Assembly (NCBI GenBank): GCA_945836135.1
Contig: CAMAKT010000001.1
Coordinates: forward strand, 1-46,696
Length of the DNA stretch: 46,696 bases
DNA from: an uncultured Clostridia bacterium
GTDB taxonomy: Bacteria > Bacillota > Clostridia > Lachnospirales > Lachnospiraceae
Direction of reading: 5' to 3'
The notes beneath the pieces were generated by a model. That model saw nothing but the letters and a program-made list of their open reading frames with translations, was not told where the DNA came from and ran no database searches. The position numbers and the translations under genes were made by a program. Below, piece after piece: positions 26,414 through 34,800 of this stretch (its first letter is position 1; the number at the start of each line of letters is the position of its first letter).

Positions 26414-28468
26414 ATGGATAATAAAATTACAGGCAATGTAGTAACCTTTGCTGCGGGAGAGCGGATTACGACCCGCGGTGAAGATGTAGACGAATTATAT
26501 ATCATATTGAAGGGCAAAATTAAATGCATGACGACATATGGTACATATTATCTTGGTCCCGGTTCTGCCGCAGGTCTGACAGACTGCTATTACGGAATGT
26601 ATATTTATAACTATTTTGCTGAAGAAGAGACCATGGTAAAAAAATACCTGGTCTCTTCTTCGACTGACATTACCCGTGTGCTGCAGGATCAGGCAGATAA
26701 TATAGGAATCCTTGTAATCATGCAGTCAAGACATATTGCCGACATTATCAAGACATATCTTGATATGACGGTTAAATGCCGAGAACTTGACGCTGAATAT
26801 CGTCCTGATGCAAGAATATACCGCTGGGAGCTTGACAAATTCAATTCCATGCCCTTAATTCCCGGAAAAATAACCGTAGATTATTATAAATCGAACTTTC
26901 AGGTGGCTGCCGGAGCAATGTATGACGGTGCAAGATTTATATCGAATATGAACGATGCCTGCCTCCAGATGGCCGACAAGCTTGAAATCAATCTGGATTA
27001 TGTGGAAGAATCTGCCGAGGATGACTTTATTCTGGCACTTGAAGATACTCCTGCCGCATTTATTTCGGAAGATGATGATTTTGATGCTGAATATGCATGG
27101 AACCAGCTTGAGAAATCTCTGCCTCGTCTTCTTACATACGCAGAGCTTGACAGTGATGACGCCGCTCATTTCATACAGCTCATCGAGAGCTATCGTGACC
27201 CTGCACAGCAGACTTCCCTTTCCGACGAGGCACGCCAGCTTCGACGTGATATTTCTAAAATGTATTATAAAATATACCACCTCATATTTAACAAGGCAGT
27301 TAACAGCGTTACCACGCCACCTATAGTGTCAATGTTCCTCAACTTCGGATACATGGATGAGAACCTTTTATCCAAAGAAAATGTTCTTGACCTATATAAG
27401 CTTTCCCTTGTAGTCGAGAATCAGTGTAACGGCAATGGTGTGCACACTTTCTATTCATGGCTAAGGCAGATACTCTGGGGTGATAAAGAACCATCCAAGA
27501 ATACAATGGACATGGACTACACAGAGAACATCAATTCATTGCGCAAGCAGGGTAAGCTCTCCTCCACCGCTGCCGAGGCAGCCCTTAAGGATAATGATGC
27601 CAAGGTACAATTTGAAATAGAGAACATGTTTACCAGTGCCAACAGAGTTGTTTACGGAAGAGGAAGTACCTTCTGTCCGGTGCTTACTGACAATACCATC
27701 ACAAGAAGCTTCAGCCAGCTCGCCGCTACCGCTGAGAAGGTTTCAACCGCCATAGGCAATATTACCAAGAAAGATTATTCTGCTTTCTATCGCGAGATAA
27801 TCTATCAGAATAAAGAAGCTGAAATCGACCGTGAATTCATTATGGCTGAGGTACTTCCGGATATCATACTGATGCCTATCTGTGGCAACGAAGGCATTAT
27901 GTGGCAGGAAATTGAAGGCCGCCGCAAGGATTCACCGGCACGTTTTGTCATTCCTATGTTCCCTACGGTGAATGTTGCCAATATTCTTATCAGCGTTACG
28001 GGGCGTTTCCGCTGGGAGATGTGCAAACGAACCCAGGGAGTATATTGGAACAATATTTCAGAGCCTTCCCTGACTGCGGAATACTGTGACTATATTCAGT
28101 TCTACAAAAAGAACCGTGAGCTTTCCGAGGCAGCCAAAGCAAAAATCAAGTCAACACTTACCTCCTGCCGCAACAATTTCCGTGAAGTATTTGTCCGCGA
28201 CTATGAAACATGGATGATATATGAGGTTATGGGTTCCTTCCGGCTTACCAAGCCTGCCAGAAAGATTATGGCAACTTATTGTCCTTTTACCAGAGCACTT
28301 CGTGAACATCTTAAAGAGAATCCTATGGTCAAGGATTTATTCTCTAATGACAGTAAGGCATTTTCTTCCAAGGCAAAGCATGTTGATATTCTTATACCAA
28401 GTATTGAACGAAAGGGACATGAAGTTCCGAAGGAGATACTTGACTTTAGAGATTTTCTTCATATGTAA
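26414..28468 (+). CDS. 684-aa protein: N-terminal cNMP-binding-like beta-barrel plus about 550 aa of unknown function
   Basis: FAAGERITTRGEDVDELYIILKGKIKCMTTYGTYYLGPGSAAGL resembles the Crp/cNMP-binding fold, but it lacks the canonical phosphate-binding-cassette residues. I recognise no motifs in the rest. It starts 26 nt after the HEAT gene and ends at a strong terminator. Confidence 0.5.
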   Translation: MDNKITGNVVTFAAGERITTRGEDVDELYIILKGKIKCMTTYGTYYLGPGSAAGLTDCYYGMYIYNYFAEEETMVKKYLVSSSTDITRVLQDQADNIGILVIMQSRHIADIIKTYLDMTVKCRELDAEYRPDARIYRWELDKFNSMPLIPGKITVDYYKSNFQVAAGAMYDGARFISNMNDACLQMADKLEINLDYVEESAEDDFILALEDTPAAFISEDDDFDAEYAWNQLEKSLPRLLTYAELDSDDAAHFIQLIESYRDPAQQTSLSDEARQLRRDISKMYYKIYHLIFNKAVNSVTTPPIVSMFLNFGYMDENLLSKENVLDLYKLSLVVENQCNGNGVHTFYSWLRQILWGDKEPSKNTMDMDYTENINSLRKQGKLSSTAAEAALKDNDAKVQFEIENMFTSANRVVYGRGSTFCPVLTDNTITRSFSQLAATAEKVSTAIGNITKKDYSAFYREIIYQNKEAEIDREFIMAEVLPDIILMPICGNEGIMWQEIEGRRKDSPARFVIPMFPTVNVANILISVTGRFRWEMCKRTQGVYWNNISEPSLTAEYCDYIQFYKKNRELSEAAKAKIKSTLTSCRNNFREVFVRDYETWMIYEVMGSFRLTKPARKIMATYCPFTRALREHLKENPMVKDLFSNDSKAFSSKAKHVDILIPSIERKGHEVPKEILDFRDFLHM

Positions 28469-28480
28469 TATTTACACGCA

Positions 28481-28512
28481 AAAAAAGGAGACATATTGTG
28501 TCTCCTTTTTTT
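28481..28512. terminator. Bidirectional terminator (684-aa gene on plus strand, tRNA-Asn on minus strand)
   Basis: AAAAAAA-GGAGACA-UAUUG-UGUCUCC-UUUUUUU. Confidence 0.85.
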
Positions 28513-28514
28513 AG

Positions 28515-28586
28515 CTCCCCGAGTAGGGCTCGAACCTACAACCCCACGGTTAACAGCCGTGTGCTCTACCATTGAGCTATCGAGGA
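28515..28586 (-). tRNA. tRNA-Asn, anticodon GTT
   Basis: TCCTCGATAGCTCAATGGTAGAGCACACGGCTGTTAACCGTGGGGTTGTAGGTTCGAGCCCTACTCGGGGAG forms a cloverleaf. The anticodon loop is C-U-G-U-U-A-A. Confidence 0.9.
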
Positions 28587-28625
28587 ATACCGGTTCCGAT
28601 ATTACAATTACCGGAACCGAAATAA

Positions 28626-28654
28626 ATTATACATCTGTTACTGCAAATTTGCAA
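28626..28654 (-). promoter_or_regulatory. Candidate promoter of tRNA-Asn
   Basis: The minus strand reads TTGCAA-N17-TATAAT. The -35 lies inside the perfect palindrome TGCAAATTTGCA (28642-28653). An 8-bp hairpin (28591-28619) follows in the tRNA leader. Confidence 0.45.
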
Positions 28655-28671
28655 TAGCAAATTATATTTTT

Positions 28672-29028
28672 TTACTTAAGGTTAGCCTTAGCAACCTCTG
28701 CTAACTGTGTGAAAGCTGCTGCGTCGTTAACTGCAAGCTCTGCTAACATCTTTCTGTTAACTGTAGCACCTGCGTTCTTAAGGCCGAACATGAACTTGCT
28801 GTATGAAAGACCGTTCATTCTGGCTGCTGCATTGATTCTGGCAATCCATAACTGTCTGAACTGTCTCTTCTTCTGCTTTCTTCCTGCATAAGCTGTTGTG
28901 AGAGCTCTCATAACAGACTGCTTAGCTACTCTGTACTGCTTAGATCTAGCGCCTCTGTAACCCTTAGCTAACTTTAATACTCTATTGTGCTTCTTCTTTG
29001 CGTTTAAACCGCCTTTAATTCTTGCCAT
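28672..29028 (-). CDS. rplT: 50S ribosomal protein L20
   Basis: [37 protein letters not shown]... is canonical L20. Confidence 0.97.
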   Translation of the reverse strand: MARIKGGLNAKKKHNRVLKLAKGYRGARSKQYRVAKQSVMRALTTAYAGRKQKKRQFRQLWIARINAAARMNGLSYSKFMFGLKNAGATVNRKMLAELAVNDAAAFTQLAEVAKANLK

Positions 29029-29109
29029 TTTGTCTAATTCCTCCTAAATTTCTATTCTAAAGCACGTGCCGACATACCTTTCGGCAATGCACCTGCATAT
29101 CTTCTAATC

Positions 29110-29307
29110 TTACAGATATGGTAAAATCTTCTTCATTGCCTTAAGATTTGTCTTATCAACTAAAGTAGCCTTTCTGAGATTTCTCTTTCTCTTAGTGCTC
29201 TTCTTGGTTAAGATGTGGCTCTTGTAAGCCTTCATTCTCTTTAACTGTCCTGTACCTGTCTTCTTAAAACGCTTTGCTGCTGCCTTGCTTGTCTTTATTT
29301 TTGGCAT
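29110..29307 (-). CDS. rpmI: 50S ribosomal protein L35
   Basis: [46 protein letters not shown] is canonical L35. Confidence 0.97.
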   Translation of the reverse strand: MPKIKTSKAAAKRFKKTGTGQLKRMKAYKSHILTKKSTKRKRNLRKATLVDKTNLKAMKKILPYL

Positions 29308-29334
29308 GATATAATCCTCCTTAAATATATTATT

Positions 29335-29841
29335 CTAGCGCTTCTGTGCTAAAACCAGTGTCATGCTTCTGCCTTCTACCTTGGCCGGCTTCTCAACAAC
29401 TGCCACTTCTTCAAGCATCTTGGCAAAATCATCAAGAATGTGCTTGCTGCTTGCCATATGTGCCATCTCACGACCTCTGAATCTTAAGGTAACCTTCACC
29501 TTGTCGCCCTTCTCTAAGAACTTCCTGGCTGCGTTAACCTTGGTGTTAAGATCATTATCCTCAATATTCGGAGATAAACGAACCTCCTTAATCTCGATAA
29601 CCTTCTGCTTCTTCTTGGCTTCCTTCTCTTTTCTTGCAAGCTCGTACTTATATTTGCCGTAATCGATAATCTTACATACCGGCGGCTTTGCTGTAGGAGC
29701 AATCTTCACAAGATCCAATTCAGCCTCCTGAGCCAGCTTATACGCTTCCTTGGCTGACATGATGCCAATCAGTTCGCCATTCTCACCAATCAGACGTACT
29801 TCCTTGTCTCTGATCTGTTCATTAATCATTAAGTCGCTAAT
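29335..29841 (-). CDS. infC: Translation initiation factor IF-3, probable ATT start codon
   Basis: ...INEQIRDKEVRLIGENGE...KPPVCKIIDYGKYKYE... is canonical IF-3. GGAGG (29851-29855 rc) lies 9 nt from ATT 29841 but 21 nt from the first ATG (29829). An in-frame TGA lies 6 codons above the ATT. Confidence 0.85.
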   Translation of the reverse strand: MSDLMINEQIRDKEVRLIGENGELIGIMSAKEAYKLAQEAELDLVKIAPTAKPPVCKIIDYGKYKYELARKEKEAKKKQKVIEIKEVRLSPNIEDNDLNTKVNAARKFLEKGDKVKVTLRFRGREMAHMASSKHILDDFAKMLEEVAVVEKPAKVEGRSMTLVLAQKR

Positions 29842-29868
29842 TGTAGTACACCTCCATCATATTTTCGC

Positions 29869-30008
29869 AAAAAAAATGCAGATAGAAAACCATCCGCACA
29901 CTCAACGCTTAAGGGCATGCCAACAACATAACCCTATGTAAGCCTAAATATAAACCCAAGTCACTCATGTGCTAAGGTGAGAGCGGACACTCTTCTTTGT
30001 TTTCACAA
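29869..30008 (-). promoter_or_regulatory. infC-rpmI-rplT leader with intrinsic terminator (L20-leader-type attenuator candidate)
   Basis: A roughly 165-nt leader separates the promoter from infC. On the minus strand the hairpin GCGGAUGG-UUUUC-UAUCUGC is followed by AUUUUUUUU (29869-29897), just upstream of the infC SD. Confidence 0.5.
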
Positions 30009-30015
30009 CTATTAC

Positions 30016-30044
30016 ACTATAACATCACATTTTTATGTTGTCAA
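30016..30044 (-). promoter_or_regulatory. Promoter of the infC operon
   Basis: The minus strand reads TTGACA-N17-TATAGT. Confidence 0.6.
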
Positions 30045-30069
30045 CAACTTTTTTATATTTCTTGCATTA

Positions 30070-30098
30070 TTGAAATAATATGGTCCATATGCTAATAT
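30070..30098 (+). promoter_or_regulatory. Promoter of the DegV gene
   Basis: TTGAAA-N17-TAATAT with an extended TGC upstream of the -10. Confidence 0.55.
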
Positions 30099-30100
30099 AT

Positions 30101-30139
30101 ATGTATTGTTACAATATAGTCAAGTCTGTAACAATACAT
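30101..30139. promoter_or_regulatory. Perfect 13-bp inverted repeat (operator or 5'-UTR hairpin) at the DegV transcription start
   Basis: ATGTATTGTTACA-N13-TGTAACAATACAT begins 2 nt after the -10 hexamer. Confidence 0.4.
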
Positions 30140-30161
30140 ACAAAGTAAAAAGGAGTTAACT

Positions 30162-31031
30162 ATGAGACCTTATGTTATTTCCACTGATACCTGCTGTGAC
30201 CTCCCTGAGAGCTACTGTGTTGACAACAATATAGATATACATCCGCTCTACTACCGCTTCGGAGATGAAGTATACGGAGGTGAAGCACAGCTTCCCATGG
30301 ATGTGTTTTATTCTCGAATGAGAAATGGCGAGATGCCTACAACCATGGCAGTCAACCCTGAAACCTCCAAGGAATTGTTTTTAAAACATATTCAGAACGG
30401 CGAAGATGTCCTGCACATCGCTTTCTCTTCCGGACTCAGCAGCAGCTACCAGAATGCAGTTATTGCCGCCAACGAGCTTATGGAAGAGCATCCTGAAAGT
30501 CGTATAATTGTCATTGACTCACTATGTGCTTCCCTTGGGCAGGGGCTCCTTGTTCATGAAGCAGTACGCCTTATGAAAGAAGGAATGTCACTGGATGAAC
30601 TTGCAACTGCTGTGGAAGATGCCAAGCTCCATGTTGCGCATCACTTTACAGTTGATAATCTGTTCCATCTCTTCCGTGGCGGAAGAGTGTCCCGTGCCAC
30701 TGCGATAGTAGGCACGCTGGCAGGAATAAAGCCTCTGCTGCATGTTGACAATGAAGGGCATCTTATTAATATCGGCAAAGTTCGCGGCCGTAAAAAATCA
30801 CTTACCGCACTTGTTGACAAGCTTGGAAGCGATTCAGGCTCCTATCTTGAAAAATCCAGTATTATTGGAATAAGTCACGGTGACAGCCTTGAGGATGCCA
30901 AGTTCGTTGCATCGCTGATTGAAGAGCGCTATGGCAAGAAAGAGTTCATAATCAATATGCTCTGCCCTACCATCGGCTCCCATACCGGTCCTGACCTTAT
31001 CGCCCTTTTCTTCTTCGCAGATAAGCGTTAG
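30162..31031 (+). CDS. DegV-family fatty-acid-binding protein
   Basis: VISTDTCCDLPESY... is followed by a typical DegV/EDD-fold pattern across 289 aa. Confidence 0.88.
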   Translation: MRPYVISTDTCCDLPESYCVDNNIDIHPLYYRFGDEVYGGEAQLPMDVFYSRMRNGEMPTTMAVNPETSKELFLKHIQNGEDVLHIAFSSGLSSSYQNAVIAANELMEEHPESRIIVIDSLCASLGQGLLVHEAVRLMKEGMSLDELATAVEDAKLHVAHHFTVDNLFHLFRGGRVSRATAIVGTLAGIKPLLHVDNEGHLINIGKVRGRKKSLTALVDKLGSDSGSYLEKSSIIGISHGDSLEDAKFVASLIEERYGKKEFIINMLCPTIGSHTGPDLIALFFFADKR

Positions 31032-31034
31032 CGG

Positions 31035-31559
31035 CTATTCAATTATTTTAAACCCCTTGTAATACCCAAAGAGTGGCTTTGCCACAATCTGTTTTTCCGT
31101 CACATAAGTATTATGCCAATACCTTGAATCCTTGGAGTTGTTTCTGTTGTCTCCTAATACAAAGTAGCAGCCTGCCGGAATAAGATAAGGTCCAAAGTCA
31201 CCCGTGGGTGTTCCAAGCACATACGGTTCATAAAGCGGCTCTTCGCTTCCGTTGATATACACCTTTCCATCTTCTATGATTACCATCTCTCCCGGTAAAC
31301 CTATTATTCTCTTCACAAGAAGTGTTTCTTCATCGTCCGGATATCGGAAAATAATCACATCCCCCCGCTCAGGCTCAGAAAAAAGATATGCAAGCCTGAA
31401 CCCGATTAGCTTATCTCCCTTCTGTAAAGTATTCTTCATTGATTCCGATGTGATGTCAGCATTAATAATCACAAATTTATTAAGCAGTACCGCAATCACC
31501 ACACCCGCCACAATAATCTTCAAATAAGTGATAAGCTCTTTCTTAATATTGCTTTTCAT
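31035..31559 (-). CDS. lepB: Signal peptidase I
   Basis: An N-terminal TM helix, the catalytic Ser box SESMKNTL, the Lys box VKRIIGLPGE and GDNRNNSKDSRYW are present. Confidence 0.92.
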   Translation of the reverse strand: MKSNIKKELITYLKIIVAGVVIAVLLNKFVIINADITSESMKNTLQKGDKLIGFRLAYLFSEPERGDVIIFRYPDDEETLLVKRIIGLPGEMVIIEDGKVYINGSEEPLYEPYVLGTPTGDFGPYLIPAGCYFVLGDNRNNSKDSRYWHNTYVTEKQIVAKPLFGYYKGFKIIE

Positions 31560-31584
31560 TTATATACCCCATAAAAATATATAG

Positions 31585-31782
31585 CATAAATTGTAACAGT
31601 TCAGCCCGCGCCATTCGCACAATTCACCTATGGTGATATGCGCCTTGTCGGCGCTTTCTCGCTGCTTCGCAGCTAACTTTGCTCATAAAATGGCGCTCAG
31701 CTCATAGCCTGCAACGTGAGCTAATTCATGCAAGCATGATTATCTCACGTTACTGGCTATGGCTGAACTGTTACCATAAATT
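31585..31782. mobile_element. MITE-like non-autonomous element (182 bp) with 14-bp TIRs and an 8-bp target-site duplication
   Basis: The TIRs are GTAACAGTTCAGCC (31593-31606) and GGCTGAACTGTTAC (31761-31774). The flanking direct repeat CATAAATT occurs at 31585-31592 and 31775-31782. The GC-rich, multi-hairpin interior has no ORF longer than 26 codons. Confidence 0.7.
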
Positions 31783-31856
31783 AAATCTGACGGCCGAGCT
31801 CAACGTCATTAAGATGAAAATGACGTTGTAACCAAGCCGTCATATAATTATTTTAT

Positions 31857-34800
31857 CTACTTGAAGTACTTAACACCCGACTCGAAAATCTTCATATCCT
31901 GTTCGCCATAGATATTGATTGCCACAGCATCGCCGCGTCTTTCCGAATGTGCCATCTTACCAAGTACCCTTCCGTCCGGACTTGTGATACCCTCAATAGC
32001 CATGTAAGAGCCATTAGGATTCCACTCTTCATCCATTGTCGGAGTTCCTGTGATTTCATCAACATACTGTGTTGCAACCTGTCCGTTTGCGAAAAGCTTC
32101 TTAATCCACTCATCGCTTGCAACAAAACGTCCCTCACCATGGGATGCCGGGTTGCAGTATACTCCTCCAAGCTTAGTGCCTGCAAGCCATGGTGACTTAT
32201 TGGTTACAACCTTGGTGTATACCATCTTGGATACATGTCTGCCGATGGTGTTCATGGTAAGTGTAGGAGAATCCGGTGTCTGCTTGGTAATCTCACCGTA
32301 CGGAACAAGTCCCAGCTTAATCAATGCCTGGAAGCCGTTACAAATACCAAGTACAAGTCCATCCCTCTCATTCAGAAGCTTATTCAACTCCTCAGTGATG
32401 CTGGCATTACGGAATGCAGCCGCAAAGAACTTTGCCGAACCATCAGGTTCATCGCCTGCGCTGAAACCGCCAGGGAACATAACAATCTGTGCCTGTGAAA
32501 TAGCCTTGGCAAACTCATGTGCCGAATCACGTATATCCTCTGCAGACAAGTTCTTAAATACCTTGGTAACCACATCAGCTCCGGCACGTTCAAAGGCTTT
32601 CGTGCTGTCATACTCACAGTTGGTTCCCGGGAATACCGGAATAAATACGGTAGGCTTAGCTACCTTATTCTTACATATATATACTTTATCAGTATTATAT
32701 ACAGGTGTATCAAGCTCTTTTCCACCCTTTACTGCCACTGTAGGGAATACCTTTTCAAGCGTACCCTTCCATGCCTTAAGAGCTTCATCCATACTGATAT
32801 TGACATCTGCATATTCAAATATTGAATTACCAGTAACCTCACCGATTACCTGTGCTTCCTTCGGAAGCTTGTCGAGCTTATCCGGAGCGACCTCCGCAAT
32901 GATACAGCCGTATAATGGTGCAAAAAGCTTGTCGGCAGGGACTGCACTGTCAAGTCTTGCACCAAGCTTATTACCGAAGGCCATCTTACTTACTGCCGGA
33001 ACAATACCCTTGGCGTCAAGAGTGTATGCCGACACAATTGCCTTCTCACCGATAGCTTTGGTTATACCTGCATACAGCTTCATAATCTGCTCGTATACAG
33101 GAAGGTCATATTCATTCTTCTCAATCTCAAAGAGAACAAGCTTATTTCCTGCGCTCTTAAGCTCCGGAGTAATCACATCCTTGTAGCTTGCCACATCAAC
33201 CGCAAAGGAGACAAGTGTGTTAGGAACATCCATATCATTAAATGTACCTGACATACTGTCCTTACCGCCAATTGACGGAAGTCCGAAGCCGAGCTGTGCA
33301 TCATAAGCGCCAAGAAGTGCCTTGAAAGGCTCGCCCCAGCGGGATGTATCCTCTGTCATTCTCCTGAAATATTCCTGGAAGGTGAAACGTATCTTGGAGA
33401 AATCACCTCCGGCACAGACAACCTTGGCAATGGACTCAATTACTGCATATATAGCTCCATGATACGGGCTCCATGAAGAAAGGTAAGGGTCAAAGCCATA
33501 GCTCATCATGGTTACTGTATCCGTCTTGCCCTTAAGTACAGGAAGCTTGGCAACCATGGTCTGTACCTCTGTAAGCTGGTACTTACCACCATAAGGCATA
33601 TATACCGAACCGGCGCCAATGGAGCCGTCGAACATCTCCACGAGTCCCTTCTGTGAGCACACATTAAGGTCTGCCAGAGTCTCAAGCCATTTAGCGCGAA
33701 CATCTGTAACCTTCTCACCCTTAAAGCAGCTTCCGTCCTTGGATGGGATATTAACCTTAACATCTGTCTCCTGATGTGCTCCGTTGGTGTCGAGGAAGGC
33801 ACGGCTGATATCTACGATCTTGTTGCCTCTCCAGTACATTACAAGGCGCTTTTCCTCTGTAACCTCTGCAACAGGAACAGCCTCAAGGTTCTCCTCTGCT
33901 GCAAATGCAAGCATCTTGTCAACATCCTTCTTATCCACAACCACTGCCATTCGCTCCTGAGACTCTGAAATTGCAATCTCAGTACCGTCAAGACCTGCAT
34001 ATTTCTTCGGAACCTTATCAAGATTAATGTTAAGTCCGTCTGCAAGCTCACCGATTGCAACGGATACACCACCTGCACCGAAGTCATTACACTTCTTAAT
34101 CAACAGACTGACTTCCTCACGGCGGAACAATCTCTGTATTTTACGCTCTGTAGGAGCATTACCTTTCTGTACCTCAGCTCCGCAGGTCTCAATGGAACTC
34201 TCTGTATGTACCTTTGAAGAACCTGTGGCACCGCCGCAACCGTCACGTCCCGTTCTTCCTCCGAGAAGAATAATGATATCGCCCGGGTCAGAAGTCTCAC
34301 GAATTACATTTTTGCGAGGAGCTGCACCCATTACCGCACCGATTTCCATTCTCTTGGCAACATAATTCGGATGATAGATTTCCTTTACATAGCCTGTGGC
34401 AAGACCAATCTGGTTGCCATAGGAGCTATAGCCGTTAGCTGCGCCGCGAACCAGCTTCTTCTGCGGAAGCTTACCCTTAAGAGTCTTATCAACCGATACC
34501 GTAGGGTCTCCGGCACCTGTAACACGCATTGCCTGATATACATAGGTTCTGCCTGACAGTGGGTCACGGATTGCACCTCCAAGACAGGTAGCCGCACCAC
34601 CGAAAGGCTCGATTTCAGTAGGATGATTATGTGTCTCATTCTTGAAGTTCACAAGCCATTCCTCTGTCACGCCATCAATTGTAACAGGAACGACAATGCT
34701 GCAGGCATTAATCTCATCGGACACCTCCATGTCGTCAAGCTTGCCTTCCTTCTTAAGCTTGCGCATGGCAAGGAGAGCTATATCCATAAGGCATACGAAC

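Noticed and set aside
24846-28480. The tRNA-Leu to tRNA-Asn interval considered as an integrated genomic or defence island.
   Set aside because: There is no integrase, no direct repeat of a tRNA 3' end and no mobility genes. Spot-checked base composition (about 45% GC) matches the core genes. I treat it as a native but poorly characterised segment.
28642-28653. The perfect 12-bp palindrome TGCAAATTTGCA between rplT and tRNA-Asn, considered as a standalone operator.
   Set aside because: It is most simply explained as containing the TTGCAA -35 hexamer of the tRNA-Asn promoter. There is no second copy in the window.
31632-31712. A 26-codon ORF (MVICALSALSRCFAANFAHKMALSS) inside the MITE-like element.
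   Set aside because: It has no SD. The sequence is better explained by the nested GC-rich hairpins, and it shows no coding signature.
32050-33186. A 378-aa plus-strand ORF, and many other 60-220-aa ORFs antisense to or overlapping purL, era (8959-9630), guaB (15516-15956), the M16 peptidase (10981-11466), the ABC genes, the helicase and others.
   Set aside because: All lie entirely inside long, well-supported genes on the opposite strand or in another frame. They have low-complexity Ser/Leu/Pro-rich translations and no SD. These are typical shadow ORFs.
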